Part shown: in pieces, positions 57,578 through 64,000 of the stretch
How the letters are laid out: every line of letters begins with the position of its first letter
How positions within the stretch are numbered: the stretch's first letter is position 1
Source: Macrostomum lignano
Taxonomy: Eukaryota
Direction of reading: 5' to 3'
NCBI GenBank assembly: GCA_002269645.1
Contig: NIVC01000760.1
Location: 65,972 to 129,971, forward strand
Length of the DNA: 64,000 nucleotides
Notes under the pieces: model-generated
The model's database searches: none
Told to the model about the DNA's origin: nothing
The model's input: only the letters and a program-made list of their open reading frames with translations
Made by a program: the position numbers and the translations under genes

Positions 57578-60500
57578 TTGTTGTTGAGGCATTGGAGCAG
57601 CAATACGCATTTGAAACGGCTGCTGTTGCTGTTGCGAAGTATGAGGCTGCGATTGCTGCTGCTGGGCCGACGTGGCAAATCTAGGCTGGGCACTAATGTG
57701 CGATACAGGCACAGCGCCAGGCGCTACCGGCTGCTGAGACTGCTGCACGCGCATCATATTCGGATTGTGAGTTAATATAGTCACCTGTTGCTGTTGCTGC
57801 TGAGTAGGAGCCTGTTGCATCTGTAGTTAAAGTTAAACGAGTAACTTAGAGCATGAGAAGGTTTGAGGGGCTTGTTGTAAAGTTTAAGCCGGGGGTTGGC
57901 AAACCCTTTTTACCTCAAGGAAACTTGGCTCATGAGAGTCGAAAAGAGAGGCAATAGATTAGAGATGGGAGAATGTAGGAAAGGGATATAGAGAAGAGAA
58001 GACGATAGGGGGTGAGAAGAGCGGAAAGAGGAGAGGGAAGAGAAGAGGAAAGAGAGGAGAGAGGCAAGAGGGGAGATGGGAGAGAGGGAAGAGAGGGGAG
58101 AGGGGAGAGGAGGGAAGACAAGAGGAGAGAGGGGAGATGGAAGAGAGAGGAGAGAGGAGAGAGGGAAGGAGAGAGCTGAGAAGAGACACAAACCCTGATC
58201 GGGCCCGCATTGCTATTGTGAAATTTCAAAGGACCAGAGGGCAGGACAGAGCCGAAATGTGGCCCGCGAATCCGAGTTTGCCGACCCCTGCTTTAAGCCA
58301 ACAAGGGCCAACCACTAGGACTAATCATTGAGCGTGACTCAATAGTCGCCTCTTAGTCGCATTACAGTAGTTTGGAGTCGTTAAAAAGTCACAAGAGTCA
58401 CCCTACAGGTCGGTGGAGTCACTAGTCAGTTGTTTGCAATGACCCTTTAGCGATTCTTATCACCGTAACGTTTTTAACTGAGGTTGTACAGCGCCCCCCT
58501 CTGACTTTCTAATTGTCAAGCATGTGTACACTTTCTGTGCCTTGTGGTAAGCCAGAGTCAGGTGTTTTATCAGGATGAAAAGCATACATAGAAACAAATT
58601 TTATCGACAATTAACTACAACCGAAACATATAACTAACCTGCTGCTGCTGCTGTATGTTAACGGACATAACTGGCACATTGTCAACGTGACTGCCAACGC
58701 GAACATCGACTGGCTGCGGCCCGCCAACCGCCGATGCGGCAGTGGGACCGAAGCTGAGCATAGCCGGTCCAGAAGCCGCTGAGCCGGCACTGCTGCCAGT
58801 CAGAGCAAAATAGGCCGACACTCTGCTTAGCCTACTAGGATGATAGTCGCTCTCCCTTTGCATAGCATTATGCTGCACAGAATCTGTAACCCAATCCGGT
58901 AGTACAACGTGTACTCTAGCTTTTAATTGAGTCAATTGATCCATTAATCTGCCGCCGCCTTGAGTAGTGACAAAATGCGTCACAGTATTATCTAATCGAC
59001 ATTTCATTTCGGCGCCCCGGAAGCTCAACAAAGCGTACAGATTGAACCAGTCCTGTCGGCCAACTTTAGCTATGAAAGCTGTAACGCCGCGGAATAATTT
59101 CTTAATACTTGGATGAAACCAATCCATCTGTTGTTGATTCTGCAGCTTGCACGATAGCAGCACCCATTGCGGTGTAACGACTTTGACATTGTGCAAATCG
59201 GCCGCTTCGGCCACTTCGTCGGCGTCTGGATCGTCGCTAATTGCTACACTACAGCTAGACGTCAATAGGCTGGTCTTACTGGCCCCATTGCGATCGAGGA
59301 GTTCCAGAGCCTGCGTGTTCACAGTGGAGAGCGGGGATTTGAGAATTGTAGAGATTTAAGCACCCATTAAGTGCCACACAAAGCCAAGATTTAAGCACCT
59401 ATTTAGTGCCACACAAACCCAAGATTTAAGCATTATTTAGTGCCACACAAAGCCAAGATTTAAGCACCCATTAAGTGCCACACAAAGCCAAGATTTAAGC
59501 ATTATTTAGTGCCACACACAGCCCAGATTGCACAAATTTAATGCCATACATTAAAATGTAAAGAAAACAGCAAATATAGCACATTATAAATAAAAGAATT
59601 CTATTTTTTTGTACAAAAAAGAACTATAATTTTCTTGAAAACATTTTTTAACTCATTGCATATAGTTAAACAATCTCAATAACTCAAGGAGATATTAATT
59701 ATCCATGTTAATATAATATAGACAAGATAGTTTTGAAAATAGTAGGAAAATAAACGTCAAGAAAAAGATAAAAGATTTTCTTGGAGTTTACTCCACCAAG
59801 AGGTTTCTGCCCTGACTAAAATCTTCAGATCCAATGGTTACCCTCTCAGTTTTGCCAGCCGCATTATTAATGCATTTGTCACCAAGAAAGTTTCCAGCAA
59901 TGTGAGCTCCAGACAAATGGAGATAGATTCTTGGGATACTCTATTGGTTCTCCCATCAAAGAGTTTTAGAGGTTGTATGATTGTGGCTTATGAATGAGGA
60001 ATGAAATTTAGGATGGGATAACACATGGCACATCTTTATGAAAGCTAGGAGTGCTTTAGTAATCATAAGTATATTGTGCTCAGATTGAGGCTTTAGGAAG
60101 CTTTGAGGCTTTATTGTAACCACTGCTTTCTATATTAGCAGACTGCAGCAATTTAACAGTGAATAGCAATTGGCAAATCAAGGCAATCCAACATAGTTTG
60201 TAAAAATGAAAGATTTATATAAAAAGCAATGCAATACAAGTGACACCATGGAAATTTCAACATCAAGTTTTACCCAAAGATACTCTAAAATTTAAATGGC
60301 CTCTTAAGAAATGTGCATTGTCTTGGTTGTTAGACTGATGTAGACTACTACAATAGATCTGAAGATATGCAACTTTTTCTCAGGGCTGCAAATTAGCTAG
60401 AAAGATTACATGATCAAAGCATAAGAACAATCATGAGAGTACTATGTTCTACACACTGGCTTTTGAAACAGTGATTGGCAGACTTTAACATCAAATGCCA

Positions 60501-62762
60501 GAAAAATCTTGCTTAGCTCTAGCTTCAGAGGAGAGGCGAGAGAAAGGATAAGAGAAAAGATAGAAGATAAAAAAGAGAAACAAGGGATAAGGGGTGACGA
60601 CAAAGAGAGTGAGGTGGGAAAACATGCTTGGGCGCAACCTTGGGATTCACTCGGCCGTTTCTATTGGCAACACACACATGTAAGTCGCTATTGGACAGAA
60701 TAGTAGTCACGTGACTGCTCTCAGCCAATAGCGACTTACATGTATGTGTTGCCAATAGAAACGGCCAGGTGATTCCCAAAGTTGTGCATGTATGTGGGAA
60801 AAGGGGGAAAGAAAAATAAGAGAAAGGAGAGAATAAGGGGTAAGAGAAAAGAGGAGTGTGAGAAGTGAGAAAAGAGAATAGAGATAAGAAGAAGAGGAGA
60901 GGAGAGATAAGAAAAGAAGAAGTAGAGATTAGAAAATGGAGATAAGTAAGCAGAAAGAAGAAAGGAAAGATAAGATAGGACTAAGAGAGGAGTGATGAGA
61001 TAGGAGATCAGAGAGGAAAGAGAAAAGAAGAGAAAGGGAAAATGAGAGAGAAAGAGAAGAGAGAAGAGATAAGGTTATATAGAAAAGAGATAAAACTAAA
61101 TAAAAAAATTAAAGATAAGAGATAAAGGAGACAAGAGAGGAGAGTAGAGAGAGAAAAGAAAAGTGAATAGAGAAAGAGCTAAAGAGCTAAAAAGAACAAT
61201 AGAGAAGGAAGAGAAGAAGAAAAGAAAAAAGGAAAAAGAAGAGAACAAAGACAGGAGTAAATAGACAAGAAATGTAATAGTGATGCTTATTTAAAAAGTA
61301 TTAGAAAAATAAAGGTTAATACCAACATATAAGTAAATTAATAGACAAGTAAAAATAAAAACAAGAGATGCAAGAGTAAAAAGAACAGTGAAAAGAGATT
61401 ATAAAGACAAAAGGAGAGAGGGTAGAAAAGAAATTTGTGAGAGCAGAGAAGAGAGACAAAGAGAGAGAAAGGGGAAAGGGAGAAAGGAAGAGGAAAAAGG
61501 AGAATAGGGATGGGAGAAAGTAAAGAGAAGAGAAAGAGAAAAGAGAGAAAAGAGAGAAGAGAGAAGAAAGGAAAGAAAATAAAGAAGACTTGAGAGATTT
61601 AAGAGAAAATAATAAAGGAAAGGAAAAAGAAAAGATAAGATGCATACATGCGCAACTTTGGGAATCACCCAGCCATTTCTATTGGCAACACAGACATGTA
61701 AGTTGCTATTGGCTAAGAGCAGTCACGTGACTACTATTCTGTCCAATAGTGACTTACATGTATATGTTGCCAATAGAAATGGCCAGGTGAATCCCAAGGT
61801 TGCACCCAAGCATGATAAGATGAGAGATAAGAGAACTGAGACCAGAGAGAAGAGAAGAAAGAAAGAGAAAGAAGAGGGACAAGAAGATAAGAGAGAAGAA
61901 TAGATAAGATGAAAAAGATAAAAAAGGCAAAAAATGGAAGATAAGAAAGGAGAAAAAAGAGAAAAGATGAATTGGAATTTAGCAGGTTTAAAATTCATGG
62001 GTTTTAATAACTTATAAATATGATAAAGTTTTGATGCAAAATAATTATGATATAAATATATGCTAAAAATTAGATAAGTAGATTAATTTTCTTAAATGCT
62101 AACACTAGGGCCTAACAGAATTATTTAATGTCTATTTAATTTTAAATCACATAAATTTTAATAAGTAATAATAAATATTTGTCAAGAAACAGGGTATATT
62201 TCATACAACAAGTAGACACAAAAAATTTTGACCAAGAAAGGTACACAGAAAAGTGCCAGTGGATTTTTTCTAAAAGTGCATATTGACTATTGTAGCTATT
62301 TAAAGATGTTTAACAATGGGATAATATTAGCACTAATATTTATTTACAAAGCTTCCTTAGGACCAAAAAATAAACTTTTATAGGCAAGAGCATTTAATTC
62401 TTTATTTTTCTCATACATAGAATGCATTATTTGTTTTGGGATAAATTTCACCCTGACATGGGACTAGGCTGGGTCAAGAAAAAGAAACTCATTTTTTATA
62501 CTTTTTAATATAAGTTTCTTTAATTTTAAAATCTTTTTTGTCTAAAGCTATATCAGGCCTAATAATTACTTAAACAGACAGCAACTTAAGCCAACAAAAC
62601 AATTTGACGAATTTTGTACATGACCAAAAAAATTTAAAAGTCTAATAATCAACAAAAAGACAACAGGAATGCAAAACTTACCAACTTATCTGAGTCTGAA
62701 CATGAAATGACATAATATCTCATACCAGCAAATAGCTTATTAGCTGGAGTAGAATTCATCAT
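49002..62762 (-). CDS. PAXIP1: PAXIP1/PTIP multi-BRCT protein, 11 exons: 62762-62682, 59310-58639, 57820-57056, 55664-54048, 53084-52941, 52132-51965, 51799-51655, 51563-51520, 51440-51343, 50926-50277, 49555-49002 (4938 nt, 1645 aa)
   Basis: N-terminal BRCT pair (LFAGMRYYVI...KVVTPQWVLLSC...LFRGVTAFI...VVLPDWVTDSV...YHP), long Q/H-rich middle, then BRCT3-6 (LLGCVFFV...VTHVLLE...KRIVSMNWL; FAIHGFAVDDR; THIL-like CQILVTPSLAVTPKLLLAVS...IVNTDWL; LFSGYTFCL...ESFVLDCALHQ). This is the 2+polyQ+4 BRCT layout of PTIP. All junctions are GT-AG and in phase. Confidence 0.92.
53180..53870. repeat. GA-rich low-complexity tract, PAXIP1 intron 4 (similar tracts at 57940-58190 and 60800-61640)
   Basis: Nearly pure purine on the + strand. 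Confidence 0.85.
55790..57012. repeat. 21-bp TACTAATGGACTCAGTAAGAA array, PAXIP1 intron 3
   Basis: Period 21, about 58 copies. Confidence 0.95.
59776..59955 (+). mobile_element. Penelope-like retroelement fragment (C-terminal RT/linker region) in PAXIP1 intron 1
   Basis: Translates FSWSLLHQEVSALTKIFRSNGYPLSFASRIINAFV...TLLVLP, which has the NGYP...LxLP(Y) pattern typical of PLE reverse transcriptases. The frame closes shortly afterwards. Confidence 0.65.
60623..60794. mobile_element. Palindromic MITE-like element, copy 1
   Basis: About 170-bp imperfect self-palindrome centred on AGTCACGTGACT, with arms TTGGG-ATTCAC-GGCCGTTTCTATTGGCAACAC-ACATGTAAGTCGCTATTGG and their reverse complement. Confidence 0.6.
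61643..61814. mobile_element. Palindromic MITE-like element, copy 2 (inverted relative to copy 1)
   Basis: Aligns end to end with the reverse complement of 60623-60794, with only scattered substitutions. Confidence 0.6.
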
Positions 62763-64000
62763 GTTTAAATTAAGCCTAAGCTAAAGTAAAAAGACCTATT
62801 AAAAAAAATTGCGTCAAGGTTGGCTTGGCTTAGGCTAAGCTAGGTCTAATCAAATTTCTTACTAAACTAGAGAAAAAGGGCTGAGGCAATGAAATTATTA
62901 GTCTTTAAATTTACTTAACATGAATTAGACCAATGCAAATGGATTTAATTAAATTTCGAGTAGGGAGCCTAGTTACAAAGATTGACATATTTCAGCAGAT
63001 CTGACGATTTTTTTACTAGGCCTAGGTCTAAGTTTTTTAAATATACACAGCGTTGATATAAGAGTCGTTGCACAAATTTGAGCTAACATATGGTGCAATG
63101 AAACAAAATGTAAAATGACCTTTTTATAATGATAAGAAACTTCTAAATTCATATTTTGATATTAAAACCTGAAAAAGGCCACAGTTTTTAATGTTTAGCA
63201 ATCTTTTGTTTGAATTTTTACTCTGTTTTATAACAACAGAAACTAAATTCTTGTCTATATTTAAGTAAAGCATGGCAAAATAATCAACACATTTGTTAAT
63301 AATATTTTGCCTAGCATAGAGTTATGTTATTTTTTTGTTATTTATTTTAACCTTGTCAGTAAAAAGTGCAATAAACTATATCGTTTTTTAAACGCAAGCA
63401 TTGCCCGTGAATTTTTTTCTATCCGGTTAATCAAGTGCGCATAGCTACATTCTGGCACTGTCAGCTCTTGTAATTTTGCCAAAATAGTAGCATTCGATCC
63501 TGTATCTCATTGCTTTACAATTATAAGTATCACAGTGACGTGACATGGCAGCTGTAAGTTTTTCCTATTGACTATGGTCAATAACAAATTTAGTCCACCC
63601 ATGCCTACTTTTGCTATGGCTTTCTAAATCTAGTCAATTCGTTTCAAATTTATTATTAATATGACTGGCATTGTTAGGGATGCTGTTGAGGCTCCCGTGA
63701 CTTGCTAGTATCATACTGTGGTGGTGGGGGGGGCTAAAGTTAATATGAATGTTTTCACTTTCAATGCAGTGGAGCTCTCAAGTTCCTGGGGTCGGGGACT
63801 TAAACAACAGAGTTTTGACGCCACATGCACCTTGGCATTGTGGTGGGGCTAAAGTTAAGATAAATGTTTTCACTTTCAATGTGAGGGGCAAGGAAAGCTG
63901 TGAGTTCCTAGAATTGGGCCATAGTTCAGAATTCGGATCATATACCACACTTCAGATCATGTAGTATACACCCAAAAATTTGGGCGTGCATTGTCTTTGC

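Overview
Repeat-rich eukaryotic (animal) genomic DNA. The minisatellite-filled introns and a 28-bp CAGATCCTCAGTTGCTGGGCCAGCCTCC repeat family suggest the flatworm Macrostomum, but this is inference and the species cannot be proven here. Four spliced protein-coding genes, all on the minus strand, could be assembled by hand with GT-AG junctions and consistent reading phases. They are an NK1/Slouch homeobox gene (13695->10484, 3 exons, 321 aa), the meiotic cohesin kleisin REC8 (40482->30950, 9 exons, 759 aa), the RQC tRNA nuclease ANKZF1/Vms1 (about 46656->40871, 6 visible exons, one +1 frameshift, no visible start codon) and PAXIP1/PTIP (62762->49002, 11 exons, 1645 aa, six BRCT domains). PAXIP1, ANKZF1 and REC8 are co-oriented and tightly packed; only 388 bp separate the ANKZF1 stop from the REC8 ATG, and that gap holds an AATAAA followed by an orphan splice acceptor, which suggests a trans-spliced operon. 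Other elements: a solo LTR with a 4-bp TSD just 3' of REC8, a Penelope-like retroelement fragment, a pair of inverted palindromic MITE-like elements in PAXIP1 intron 1, a 1.6-kb (CAGT)n microsatellite and more than 30 distinct tandem arrays. Most long ORFs in the supplied track are repeat read-through artefacts.
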